This document shows, in pieces, positions 51,956 to 59,987 of a stretch of 64,000 bases of DNA. Under the pieces are notes generated by a model. It did no database searches. It saw only the letters and a list, made by a program, of their open reading frames with translations, and was not told the DNA's origin. Numbering within the stretch: position 1 is the stretch's first letter; every line of letters starts with the position of its first letter. This DNA is from a virus, in IMG/VR virus record IMGVR_UViG_3300021962_000061, positions 25,598 through 89,597 of that record. One strand, given 5' to 3'. Made by a program: the position numbers and the translations under genes.

Positions 51956-54292
51956 TTATGAATCAGTATAGTAAACAATACTTAAGTTTAAGTAACCAGC
52001 TTGCCATCCACCTGAGTCGTTAGTTGAAGATTGTGTTCCGCTTCTGAAATATATAGAAGTGCTATCGATCCATGTACTATAGACAGCATTTACAAAAGCA
52101 TCGTTGTACCCAATAGTCCCATTACCACCATACTGTGGATCGTCACAAGCAAAAGGCAACCCTGTAATTTGTGTTGAACCAGACCCAGCAGATGATACGC
52201 TTGATATATGTGCTTTAATTGTAACGAACACCAGATGTCCAATTTTAACATATTTACCAGTTGGGCTGACAGTAAACGACAAAGTGGGGCTTGATGATGC
52301 ACGTGTTAGTGTTGGTGTGAATGTTCCTGCTTCATAATCCCCAAGTAGTTCAGACGTCATCCCGGAATTGTTTGAGCTTGGTGAGAAATCAACACCATAT
52401 CCACTATCAAATCTAATACTCGATCTCTTAACTTCTATAATGTTATTTGAAACATTTGGTACCACTAAAGACTGATTATCATTAACAACACTTGTCAGGT
52501 GACCAACCTCAATTGGCCAATCCTTACACAGATTGTTGTCAATCCAATACTTAGTGGTGATTGTATTACTGCTTACACCACTTAATAACTCAACAAAATA
52601 TTTTCCAGTCCCAGCATTCACGGATGTGCCAATATTATTCCGAACAAAGATATAATCTAGTGAGGCTGAGTTACACACACCATTCTTACCTATTGTAACA
52701 AGTGGTGGCATATATGATGATACGGTTCCTTTAAAGTGAACCTTGTTATTTTCGATTACAATCTGTTTACCATTCTGAATATAGATGCAAGGATTACTAG
52801 AACCAAAAGTCGTTGGCGTACCCTCAAAGTTATTATTGGTGATATAAACTTTTTCTGTGAAGTAACTTGTAGGAGTTTGTTCTTCACCAATTATAATATC
52901 TGATGCTGCATTTTGTCTATTAGTAATATAGTTACCAGATATCATAACTGAACTACAATTCAGCGAATCAGATGTTACTGTATCTACTGCAATGGCTGTA
53001 TCCCAAAATGTATCAATCTTGTTGTTGATAAACATCACATCTGATGATCTTGAGAGGCTTACAGCAGCTCTAATTGCACCAGTGTTTCCAACAAAGTCAC
53101 CAATTGGTTTCCTGTGGTTGGTAACAATATTATTTTCCCAAATATTATTTGTATTAATACCGCTGGCCTGGTAAATAGAGTGTCGGCAAGCATTATCAAT
53201 ATTGTTGCCATAGATGTGACAGTTTGTAGCTGCTGTCAAATTGATACCATAACCAGAGCCAGTAGCGGCACCGAGAATATTGTATAAGTTGTTGTTATAT
53301 ACTTGACAACTATCTATTGTGTCTCCGCTGCGAGCGTACAAAGCAATACCAACATTGATATTTTTAATCGTTAGGTTATGTAATCTTATATTTGTAGCAT
53401 TCAGTGAAGGTACTGTAAATCCTATCACAGCGATGGCATTTTGACCCCACCACTCATAAACAACACCATTACCTGTAACAGATGAGCCATCATAGATAAA
53501 TTTTTGATCTTCCCCATTACTAGGAGCACCTAGTGTAGTGAAATCTGTTGTTCCAGCTGATTTAATTGAGTAGGTTTTACCTGATACCATTGATGTTGCA
53601 TTAAGGGATGTTACACCTTTATTTGATCCCTCTAGCGTCAAACCATCAATCTCAACACTATCACAAGTACCATCAATATCAATGATTGTACTTTCTCTCA
53701 TGTAGGTGTAGTTTGCAGACGTGCTGAAAAATATCCTACCTTTACCAGTCAGTCTAATTCTGTTCTTGTTATATACTAATAGAGCAGGAGACGTACCAGT
53801 CCCGCTACCAACAGATACAAGATAATTTTTTGTGAATAGTAATGTTTCGCCATCTGTTAGACTATCGATAGCAGCTTGAATTGCTGCTGTATCATCTGTA
53901 GTTCCATCACCAACAGCTCCATAACTTTCAGGTGTTTTTACTCTACCAACAAAGGAAACACTACCTGTCACGGTTAAATTTCCTGTGGTAGTAGTATTAA
54001 CACCAATAGAACTTACGTTGATTGTTGTTGAATTTGCGGTCCAGTATACAGTTGAGTTTCCAACATGTAAGTTACCAGATACGTTTGCATATCCTGATAT
54101 TTGAATACTCTCAAATTCTGTTACAGAAGAAGGTGGCGACGATGTGTTAGCAACAAGAAATATGTGACCATTTGATGTACTGCCAACATCAGTGGGGTCG
54201 ATAGTAGCTACAGTTATAGAATTTGAGGTGTAAACGCCATTATTACTAATACCAGCTTCTACTAGATTTGAAGGTCTTATTCGTGTTGTCAT
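51956..54292 (-). CDS. tailspike / beta-helix polysaccharide depolymerase-like protein
   Basis: YGAVGDGTTDDTAAIQAAID (pectate-lyase-3-like start), Asn-ladder I.NN repeats, C-terminal DYEAGTFTPTL...GKYVKIGHLV module; ATG 54292. Confidence 0.78.
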   Translation of the reverse strand: MTTRIRPSNLVEAGISNNGVYTSNSITVATIDPTDVGSTSNGHIFLVANTSSPPSSVTEFESIQISGYANVSGNLHVGNSTVYWTANSTTINVSSIGVNTTTTGNLTVTGSVSFVGRVKTPESYGAVGDGTTDDTAAIQAAIDSLTDGETLLFTKNYLVSVGSGTGTSPALLVYNKNRIRLTGKGRIFFSTSANYTYMRESTIIDIDGTCDSVEIDGLTLEGSNKGVTSLNATSMVSGKTYSIKSAGTTDFTTLGAPSNGEDQKFIYDGSSVTGNGVVYEWWGQNAIAVIGFTVPSLNATNIRLHNLTIKNINVGIALYARSGDTIDSCQVYNNNLYNILGAATGSGYGINLTAATNCHIYGNNIDNACRHSIYQASGINTNNIWENNIVTNHRKPIGDFVGNTGAIRAAVSLSRSSDVMFINNKIDTFWDTAIAVDTVTSDSLNCSSVMISGNYITNRQNAASDIIIGEEQTPTSYFTEKVYITNNNFEGTPTTFGSSNPCIYIQNGKQIVIENNKVHFKGTVSSYMPPLVTIGKNGVCNSASLDYIFVRNNIGTSVNAGTGKYFVELLSGVSSNTITTKYWIDNNLCKDWPIEVGHLTSVVNDNQSLVVPNVSNNIIEVKRSSIRFDSGYGVDFSPSSNNSGMTSELLGDYEAGTFTPTLTRASSSPTLSFTVSPTGKYVKIGHLVFVTIKAHISSVSSAGSGSTQITGLPFACDDPQYGGNGTIGYNDAFVNAVYSTWIDSTSIYFRSGTQSSTNDSGGWQAGYLNLSIVYYTDS

Positions 54293-54339
54293 TTGTTTTA
54301 AATACCTGCAAAAGTTAAACATTGAAGACCGCCCAGGAA

Positions 54340-55140
54340 CTAGCTAAAGTTGGTTAGGTAGCTCACCTTCTGTAAAATATTTATATATGTTTCCCAATTA
54401 CCTTCCCTTAAATTAGTAGTATTGAATGGTGTTGGTATTAAGCTATCGGAACTCTCTTTATATTGTTGAACCACATCTTTAGTTATTCCTAGACACTGTA
54501 AATTCAACGGCTTTATATGGTCTTCGTATGATAAAAGCATACCCTTACTGCCATATAATTGATAGAGGAGTTTGAATATCTCAAGTCTTTGAATGCTGGC
54601 TGTTGCTGCTCTTTTCATTTCAGCATCTGTGTAACCAAGTGTATCATACTTAATGATTTCACTACTAGCTGTAAAATTATTTTGTGGCTTCTTTCTTAAG
54701 ACGTTTCTATAGGCGTTGTTGATTTCTGATTTAAATTGTTCGGCAATATCCTTTCGGTATAAAAATATTACTTGTGTCTCAGGATCATTACAGCAGTATT
54801 CAATAAACTGTTTGTTGTAAAGTATCTGTATAATTGGATTCTTAATAATCCAGTTACTTTGCTGCTTAACAATTTGAATTCTTCTTTCTTGCTCCTCGGC
54901 CATTCTAATTAAGTCTGTTGAAAGATTGGAGCCAGCATACCTTATTAGGTTATCTCTAAAGTCATAAACCAAACGGTTATTTGTTTGTATTAGATTTGGT
55001 CTACCAGAAAGCGAAGATGTAATCAAACACTCACCTAAATTTTGATATCCAGTTGCCTGCTCTAGCAAATCTGCTAGTACAGTACTACCTGTTCTGAATG
55101 TACAGACAATTAGATATCGCTTGGGTGTTGTTTTGGCCAT
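54340..55140 (-). CDS. sulfotransferase (Stf0-like)
   Basis: FRTGST P-loop-like motif, LGE, IFLYRKD...Q..S, YED. Confidence 0.7.
   Translation of the reverse strand: MAKTTPKRYLIVCTFRTGSTVLADLLEQATGYQNLGECLITSSLSGRPNLIQTNNRLVYDFRDNLIRYAGSNLSTDLIRMAEEQERRIQIVKQQSNWIIKNPIIQILYNKQFIEYCCNDPETQVIFLYRKDIAEQFKSEINNAYRNVLRKKPQNNFTASSEIIKYDTLGYTDAEMKRAATASIQRLEIFKLLYQLYGSKGMLLSYEDHIKPLNLQCLGITKDVVQQYKESSDSLIPTPFNTTNLREGNWETYINILQKVSYLTNFS
54378..54385 (-). promoter_or_regulatory. T4-type late promoter for tailspike gene
   Basis: exact TATAAATA ~86 nt upstream of the tailspike start, inside the upstream CDS. Confidence 0.45.
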
Positions 55141-55159
55141 TGATGCAGGACCTCAAATT

Positions 55160-55234
55160 TGGTGAACCCAAGGGAATTCGAATCCCTATTCCAGCCGTGA
55201 AAGGGCTGTGTCCTAACCGTTAGACGATGGGTCC
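55160..55234 (-). tRNA. tRNA-Glu(TTC)
   Basis: CAGCC-CTTTCAC-GGCTG, CCA encoded. Confidence 0.92.
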
Positions 55235-55494
55235 TTCTTAATAAAGTTGTAGTAGATCATCATACTATACCACGTGACGGAAAGACAAGTGTACCATATA
55301 CCTGCCATTGCTGAGTAGTATTGACCTAGTGAAAATAAAAGATATGTTCCTGATATCTGACCAGTATAGTTGATAAGTGGTGCCGCCCAATGGACGCCTT
55401 TAACAACTTTATCCCTATAGACTTTATAGATGTTCAGCATCACAGCTGTACTTGCTATAATTGGGAACATGCTATTGAATTGGTCTAGTGTCAT
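55213..55494 (-). CDS. small membrane protein (3 TM, PQ-loop/SemiSWEET-like size)
   Basis: hydrophobic 93 aa, YRDK.VKGV.W motif; stop lies inside tRNA-Glu. Confidence 0.55.
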   Translation of the reverse strand: MTLDQFNSMFPIIASTAVMLNIYKVYRDKVVKGVHWAAPLINYTGQISGTYLLFSLGQYYSAMAGIWYTCLSVTWYSMMIYYNFIKKDPSSNG

Positions 55495-55504
55495 AATTTA
55501 AAAT

Positions 55505-55579
55505 TGGTAGCGGGGGATGGATTTGCACCACCGGTCTTCAGCTTATGAGGCTGACGAGTTGCTACTTCTCTACCCCGCA
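55505..55579 (-). tRNA. tRNA-Met(CAT), initiator-like
   Basis: unpaired 1:72 (T:T) over GCGGGG/CCCCGC; TCAGC-CTCATAA-GCTGA; atypical T-loop TGCAAAT. Confidence 0.85.
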
Positions 55580-55643
55580 ATAGTAAGGTCTCGGTTTATC
55601 TATCGCCACGCAGTGCGCACTACGTCCTAGATTCCTCATTTAC

Positions 55644-55702
55644 AAAAAACAGCCATCGCTGTGCGACAAACCTTACACCGAAAGGTAGGGCGGCTGGCTG
55701 CT
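55644..55702 (-). ncRNA. candidate small structured RNA or terminator-like element
   Basis: CAGCCA/TGGCTG closing stem with two internal hairpins and a T6 run, directly after TATAAATA. Confidence 0.35.
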
Positions 55703-55710
55703 TATTTATA
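55703..55710 (-). promoter_or_regulatory. T4-type late promoter TATAAATA
   Basis: exact match between tRNA-Thr and the structured element. Confidence 0.5.
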
Positions 55711-55721
55711 TAAATTTGAAA

Positions 55722-55797
55722 TGGTGCCCACTGTCTGACTCGAACAGACCACCTGCTGATTACAAATCAGCTGCTCTACCGGATGAGCTAAGTGGGC
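55722..55797 (-). tRNA. tRNA-Thr(TGT)
   Basis: GCTGA-TTTGTAA-TCAGC, CCA encoded. Confidence 0.93.
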
Positions 55798-55808
55798 GAT
55801 TAATTAGT

Positions 55809-55837
55809 ATTATAGTATATATGGGTTAATGAGTCAA
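55809..55837 (-). promoter_or_regulatory. sigma70-like promoter for tRNA-Thr
   Basis: TTGACT-17-TATAAT. Confidence 0.68.
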
Positions 55838-56122
55838 CATTTTTATTAACCCTGCAAAATCAATTAGTGTCAACAAAAGATAGTTGGCTAGCATTCCAAA
55901 CGAACCTCTCGTCCATGAGGACCAGGCATACATTGAGCAGCCAATAATCCACGCAGCGTAGAGAGGAATGAGAGGAGGATTGGGGACAGTTATTGCCATG
56001 GTTAATGTACAACCAATCGATATTGCCCAAGCCAATACTTCTATACAAAATCTAAAAGGGTAAGAATGATAATCCTCTTTAGCCCAGTTATACGTATCAT
56101 TTACTGCTTGTTTAATTAACAT
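55826..56122 (-). CDS. small membrane protein
   Basis: DY.S.P.RF..E, TVPNPP, hydrophobic helices. Confidence 0.65.
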   Translation of the reverse strand: MLIKQAVNDTYNWAKEDYHSYPFRFCIEVLAWAISIGCTLTMAITVPNPPLIPLYAAWIIGCSMYAWSSWTRGSFGMLANYLLLTLIDFAGLIKMLTH

Positions 56123-56137
56123 TCTTACACCCTAAAT

Positions 56138-56214
56138 TGGCGACCCCGGCAGGACTCGAACCTGCGACCCACAGCTTAGAAGGCTGTTGCTCTAATCCAC
56201 TGAGCTACGAGGCC
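56138..56214 (-). tRNA. tRNA-Arg(TCT)
   Basis: ACAGC-CTTCTAA-GCTGT, G73-CCA. Confidence 0.93.
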
Positions 56215-56220
56215 ATAAAC

Positions 56221-56305
56221 TGGTGCGACTGGTCGGACTTGAACCGACATGGCTAACGCCGACAGATTTTAAGTCTGTTGTGTATACCGATTCCACCACA
56301 GTCGC
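56221..56305 (-). tRNA. tRNA-Leu(TAA)
   Basis: long variable arm, ACAGA-CTTAAAA-TCTGT. Confidence 0.93.
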
Positions 56306-56308
56306 AAA

Positions 56309-56845
56309 CTAATTGTATTTGTTACCAAAAGATATTGTTGCTCTTGGTCCTAATGGTTTAGCATGGTGGTGTGTGCCACGTGGTATATAAATTAAATCCC
56401 CTGGACGCATCTCAGTTTGAAAGTAGCTATCTTCTTCGTCGATAGTAAACACTGATTTACCAACTGCCTGCCAGCACCACACATCCATCTTATCTTTATG
56501 TCTAGTATAACTTTGGGACATTGAGCTAAAACTTATGAATGCATAAGCAGAGCACCACTGAACACTACTATTACTACTCTGAGCAAGTTTAGTTGCAAAC
56601 TCTCGTACGTGTGGTAGATCAATAACAGACCCATGAATTATAAAGCCATAGTTATCCATTTGAACAAACGGTTTGATTCTTTTTCTTTCTTCGCCACTAA
56701 CATGCTTATGTTGTATTTCTTTATCAAATGCATGAAGTATTCCATTCCAGCCCGGCGTAGGAATACCAACGTTGCCAAAAAAATGAAAGCGCTTTTCAAC
56801 TATTGCAAGTTGATAATGTTTGTCGTAAAGAAAGTCGTATGTCAT
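56309..56845 (-). CDS. JmjC/cupin-family oxygenase
   Basis: RHKD.MDV..WQ..G, PGDLIYIPRGTHH.A; start reassigned to ATG 56845 outside tRNA-Pro. Confidence 0.78.
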   Translation of the reverse strand: MTYDFLYDKHYQLAIVEKRFHFFGNVGIPTPGWNGILHAFDKEIQHKHVSGEERKRIKPFVQMDNYGFIIHGSVIDLPHVREFATKLAQSSNSSVQWCSAYAFISFSSMSQSYTRHKDKMDVWCWQAVGKSVFTIDEEDSYFQTEMRPGDLIYIPRGTHHHAKPLGPRATISFGNKYN

Positions 56846-56854
56846 ACAATTTAG

Positions 56855-56931
56855 TGGTCGGATATGCAAGATTCGAACTTGCGACCCCCTGCTCCCAAAG
56901 CAGGTGCACTACCAGACTGTGCTAATATCCG
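56855..56931 (-). tRNA. tRNA-Pro(TGG)
   Basis: CCTGC-TTTGGGA-GCAGG, C1-G72, CCA. Confidence 0.93.
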
Positions 56932-57173
56932 ATTCTTAGATTAGTAATATACCTTAAATTCTTTTCCGCGTCAACTTTATTCTTATATCCTTCGCAAGAA
57001 GCACCAATTATATTTCCATTTGATGCAGTGATTCTCCAACGCCATTCGTTAGCTTTGTCTTTGTAAATCTCGTGCTTTGGTTTGGAAATTTTTGGTGGGT
57101 CTTCGCGCAGGCGATCATTGCTTGTATCGCGTACGACTTTTGGATTCAAAAATTCAAGCAATTGATGTAACAT
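56922..57173 (-). CDS. YegP/DUF1508-domain protein
   Basis: EIYKDKA.EWRWRI.ASNG.II.AS.EGY.NK.DA. Confidence 0.8.
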   Translation of the reverse strand: MLHQLLEFLNPKVVRDTSNDRLREDPPKISKPKHEIYKDKANEWRWRITASNGNIIGASCEGYKNKVDAEKNLRYITNLRIGY

Positions 57174-57190
57174 TTTATACTCTTACGTAG

Positions 57191-57265
57191 TGGTGGGACC
57201 ACAGGGGCTCGAACCCTGAACTTACTGGTTAAAAGCCAGTTACTCTACCATTGAGTTATAGTCCC
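57191..57265 (-). tRNA. tRNA-Lys(TTT)
   Basis: ACTGG-CTTTTAA-CCAGT, CCA. Confidence 0.93.
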
Positions 57266-57284
57266 GGTAATTAATTCTAGAATA

Positions 57285-57313
57285 ATTATAGACTATTTTA
57301 GATTGAATGGCAA
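57285..57313 (-). promoter_or_regulatory. sigma70-like promoter for tRNA-Lys
   Basis: TTGCCA-17-TATAAT. Confidence 0.65.
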
Positions 57314-57318
57314 CTGGT

Positions 57319-57957
57319 TTATGGTCGTCTATCGAAGTAGTATTCTGAATACTTTCCTCTACTCTTAACGTAATGGAAATAAACCTGTAGTGTCTCTTCA
57401 CCCTGGAAGAACTCTCTGTGTTTGTATAGGTTGTGACCATAATATAATAGAGCGTCACCTACACCGATACAAACATCTTCAATTGTACCATCTGGCTTTT
57501 CAATAACAATTGGCCAATTGGCACCACCTTTGCCACTAGGGCCAAAATTAGCTAGTAAGGAAATTTCACAAGGCTCTCTTTCGCTATGTTTTGAAACTGT
57601 TGAACCTGCTTTATATAATTTTGCATATGTGTATGTTGGTAGAACAGGTTCTCCAAATATCTTACCAACAGCTGCTGTTCTTTCTACTAAAATTTGTAAA
57701 CAAGCAGTTTCATTTGCACTGCCTAAGTTACCAGACTTATCTGTTGCTACACTACCTTTATTGCAGGACTCTATAAATTTATCTGCAACATCAGTTAGAA
57801 CTTCTGAGCTGATGTAATTTTTAATAACCACAAAGCCCTTTTGTTGTAGCGATTGGTTTAGATTATTAGCATCATTATCATCTGGAAACCAGCCAGCATT
57901 AACACCAGCAAACAACTGTGTGCCACCAACTACTACTTTTGATACTGATAGACCCAT
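57319..57957 (-). CDS. 2OG-Fe(II) oxygenase-like phage protein
   Basis: PTY.YA.LY..G....KH.ER..CEIS, WPI, GDALLY.G....H.R, QV.FHYV; HxE in place of the usual HxD. Confidence 0.68.
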   Translation of the reverse strand: MGLSVSKVVVGGTQLFAGVNAGWFPDDNDANNLNQSLQQKGFVVIKNYISSEVLTDVADKFIESCNKGSVATDKSGNLGSANETACLQILVERTAAVGKIFGEPVLPTYTYAKLYKAGSTVSKHSEREPCEISLLANFGPSGKGGANWPIVIEKPDGTIEDVCIGVGDALLYYGHNLYKHREFFQGEETLQVYFHYVKSRGKYSEYYFDRRP

Positions 57958-57992
57958 TTGATTGCCTACTTAATTTGTTACCTGGCTAGGGT

Positions 57993-58000
57993 TATTTATA
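57993..58000 (-). promoter_or_regulatory. T4-type late promoter TATAAATA
   Basis: exact match upstream of 57319-57957. Confidence 0.6.
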
Positions 58001-58017
58001 TATCACATTTATCCAAA

Positions 58018-58599
58018 TTAACGAAACTGAATCAAATTAAACGCATCTCTACTAGCAGTGAATGCTCTAGCAGTTTCCTTTCTGTATACTACAGCATTCA
58101 GGCCTAACAATCTTTTGTTTTCTAGGATGGTGTAATTACAGTGCTCGGCAAGTGTCAAGAAAAACTCATCTGTATAGTATATTCTACAATGATTGTTCCA
58201 AGCACCACTAACCTCAAGTTCTCTTGCATTAGGAACAAGATGAATCATAATGCCACCTGGTTTAACAACATCATGCAGTATTGAAAAGCATTGATATTGT
58301 TTATCAATTGGTTCAACGTGTTCTGTTGTTCCTAAGTTAGTTAGGATATCAAATGAACTACGGAATTGGTAGAACAGTTCTGGCTTAGTTAAGTCAAGAG
58401 GTAATGCACCATCTTGCCCATTGATATCAACGGATGTGTGTAACATTCCGAGATCTTCAAAATGTTGCTTGCCTGTTGTAAACAGGCCACCAATAAATCT
58501 CTGATTGCCAAGTTCAAACATCGAAAGGCCGTTAGAGTTGTAGTATTCAAGGTTTATTGAATCCATAACAAAATCTAAGTATTCGGGTGTGTAAGCCAT
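58018..58599 (-). CDS. SAM-dependent methyltransferase
   Basis: ELGNQ, SVDING, DLT.P, FD..TN.GT.EHV, KPGG.MIH..P; ATG 58599. Confidence 0.75.
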   Translation of the reverse strand: MAYTPEYLDFVMDSINLEYYNSNGLSMFELGNQRFIGGLFTTGKQHFEDLGMLHTSVDINGQDGALPLDLTKPELFYQFRSSFDILTNLGTTEHVEPIDKQYQCFSILHDVVKPGGIMIHLVPNARELEVSGAWNNHCRIYYTDEFFLTLAEHCNYTILENKRLLGLNAVVYRKETARAFTASRDAFNLIQFR

Positions 58600-58614
58600 A
58601 TGAATTCTCTTGAG

Positions 58615-58690
58615 TGGTGGGACAACATGGGTTCGAACCATGGACCTAAGCGTTATCAACACTTTGCTCTACCGACTGAGCTATTGTCCC
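58615..58690 (-). tRNA. tRNA-Ile(GAT)
   Basis: AAGTG-TTGATAA-CGCTT, CCA. Confidence 0.92.
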
Positions 58691-58701
58691 TTATATGTAT
58701 A

Positions 58702-58775
58702 TGGAGCAGTGTAGGAGAATCGAACTCCTTTGACGAGCTTGGAAGGCTCGGACACAACCAATATGCCAACACTGC
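58702..58775 (-). tRNA. tRNA-Gly(TCC)
   Basis: CGAGC-CTTCCAA-GCTCG, T73-CCA. Confidence 0.92.
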
Positions 58776-58779
58776 AATA

Positions 58780-58856
58780 TGGGGTGACCGGTTGGATTCG
58801 AACCAACGAATACCGGGATCACAACCCGGGGTCTTAGGCCACTTGACAACGGTCAC
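58780..58856 (-). tRNA. tRNA-His(GTG)
   Basis: CCGGG-TTGTGAT-CCCGG, C73-CCA. Confidence 0.92.
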
Positions 58857-58862
58857 GTAAAA

Positions 58863-58937
58863 TGGAGTTGCGGACTGGACTCGCACCAGCATAAAAGAGT
58901 TTTGCAGACTCTTGCCTAACTTTTCGGCCACCGCAAC
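58863..58937 (-). tRNA. tRNA-Cys(GCA)
   Basis: AGAGT-CTGCAAA-ACTCT, T73-CCA; atypical T-loop TGCGAGT. Confidence 0.88.
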
Positions 58938-58938
58938 A

Positions 58939-59014
58939 TGGTAGCAACGGTCAGACTCGAACTGACGATAAACTCCGTATGAAGGAGGTGCATTGGCCAC
59001 TATGCTACGTTGCT
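58939..59014 (-). tRNA. tRNA-Met(CAT), elongator-like
   Basis: CTCC-TTCATAC-GGAG arm, paired acceptor AGCAACG/CGTTGCT, CCA. Confidence 0.88.
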
Positions 59015-59015
59015 A

Positions 59016-59576
59016 TTAAATAACTGGTATCAGCGACATCGAGTCGCTTGGTCCAAATGCTGTATTTGTAACATCAAACCCTATTGTAATTCTATGACCA
59101 TCATATGGTTCAACAACTTGAACTTTATGTCGTCTGTTACCAGGACCAATGTATATGTTGCCTATATCGTTTTCAATTTCGTAATTATCGAAAACTGTTT
59201 TGGTTCTTTTTGGATCTACTGAGATGTATCCATGAATGTACCAACTATGGTTGTGCCATTTGAGAACCTGATCTTGTCTATGGACATTTAACCACGACTG
59301 AAACCAAAGGTACTCGTCTGTAGGAGCAGTAATTTTAATCGCATCCAATAAGTCTTTATATAAATCAGTGAAGTATGAGCGTGGACCAACCAAGGAAAAT
59401 ATGTTGTATGTTTTGTATAGCCACGTACTATCTTTACTCACACTACCATACGTCTTAATTAAGAGCTTGTGTGCCGCACTAAGATCACGCAGCATCTCTT
59501 GCTGATGTTTTAAAATAACATCAGATCTGTAGATCCTATATCCACATTCGGTGTTATCTTCAATGAGTGAAAGCAT
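59016..59576 (-). CDS. 2OG-Fe(II) oxygenase/cupin-like phage protein
   Basis: QSWLNVH.....L.WHNH, HGY..V, HKV, RITIGFD; ATG 59576 with AGGAG. Confidence 0.6.
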   Translation of the reverse strand: MLSLIEDNTECGYRIYRSDVILKHQQEMLRDLSAAHKLLIKTYGSVSKDSTWLYKTYNIFSLVGPRSYFTDLYKDLLDAIKITAPTDEYLWFQSWLNVHRQDQVLKWHNHSWYIHGYISVDPKRTKTVFDNYEIENDIGNIYIGPGNRRHKVQVVEPYDGHRITIGFDVTNTAFGPSDSMSLIPVI

Positions 59577-59588
59577 ATCTTCTCCTAA

Positions 59589-59720
59589 TGGTGGAAGGTG
59601 TAAGGCAACACTTTCCAATGAAAGGAGGACTCATGTTGGCCAAGGCCTTTTTCGTGCTTGGCGCCGCGAGTCCACCGGCCTTTGCCCCACTTGCCCACCT
59701 CCATGGAGGCAGTACGAGGC
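59589..59720 (-). ncRNA. candidate structured RNA ending in a CCA-tailed minihelix
   Basis: GC-rich island with GGACTC/GAGTCC and GCCAAG/CTTGGC stems, then GGAAAGTGT-loop-ACACCTTCC-ACCA. Confidence 0.45.
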
Positions 59721-59724
59721 TATA

Positions 59725-59800
59725 TGGTACCCGGTGACGGGATCGAACCGCCGACAGTCGCCGTGTAAAGGCGGCGCTCTACCAGCTGAGCTAACCGGGC
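59725..59800 (-). tRNA. tRNA-Val(TAC)
   Basis: CGCC-TTTACAC-GGCG, CCA. Confidence 0.92.
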
Positions 59801-59808
59801 ATTCAAAA

Positions 59809-59894
59809 TGGTGGGAAAGGAAGGATTCGAACCTACTCAGCCTAAGGCGACAGATTTACAGTCTGTTGTGACTCTCCAACTTCACCGCTTGCCC
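59809..59894 (-). tRNA. tRNA-Tyr(GTA)
   Basis: long variable arm, ACAGA-CTGTAAA-TCTGT. Confidence 0.92.
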
Positions 59895-59907
59895 ACATAA
59901 ACTTTAA

Positions 59908-59981
59908 TGGCTGAGGAGCATGGATTCGAACCACGATAAGCAGGATCAAAACCTGCTGTCCTGCCGTTAGACGACTCCTCA
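59908..59981 (-). tRNA. tRNA-Gln(TTG)
   Basis: T1-A72, GCAGG-TTTTGAT-CCTGC, G73-CCA. Confidence 0.92.
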
Positions 59982-59987
59982 AAATAA

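Noticed and set aside
55650-55700. c-di-GMP-I riboswitch (plus-strand CAAACC...GAAA...GGG)
   Set aside because: Only partial resemblance; the following GCAAA and second stem are absent and there is no downstream plus-strand gene.
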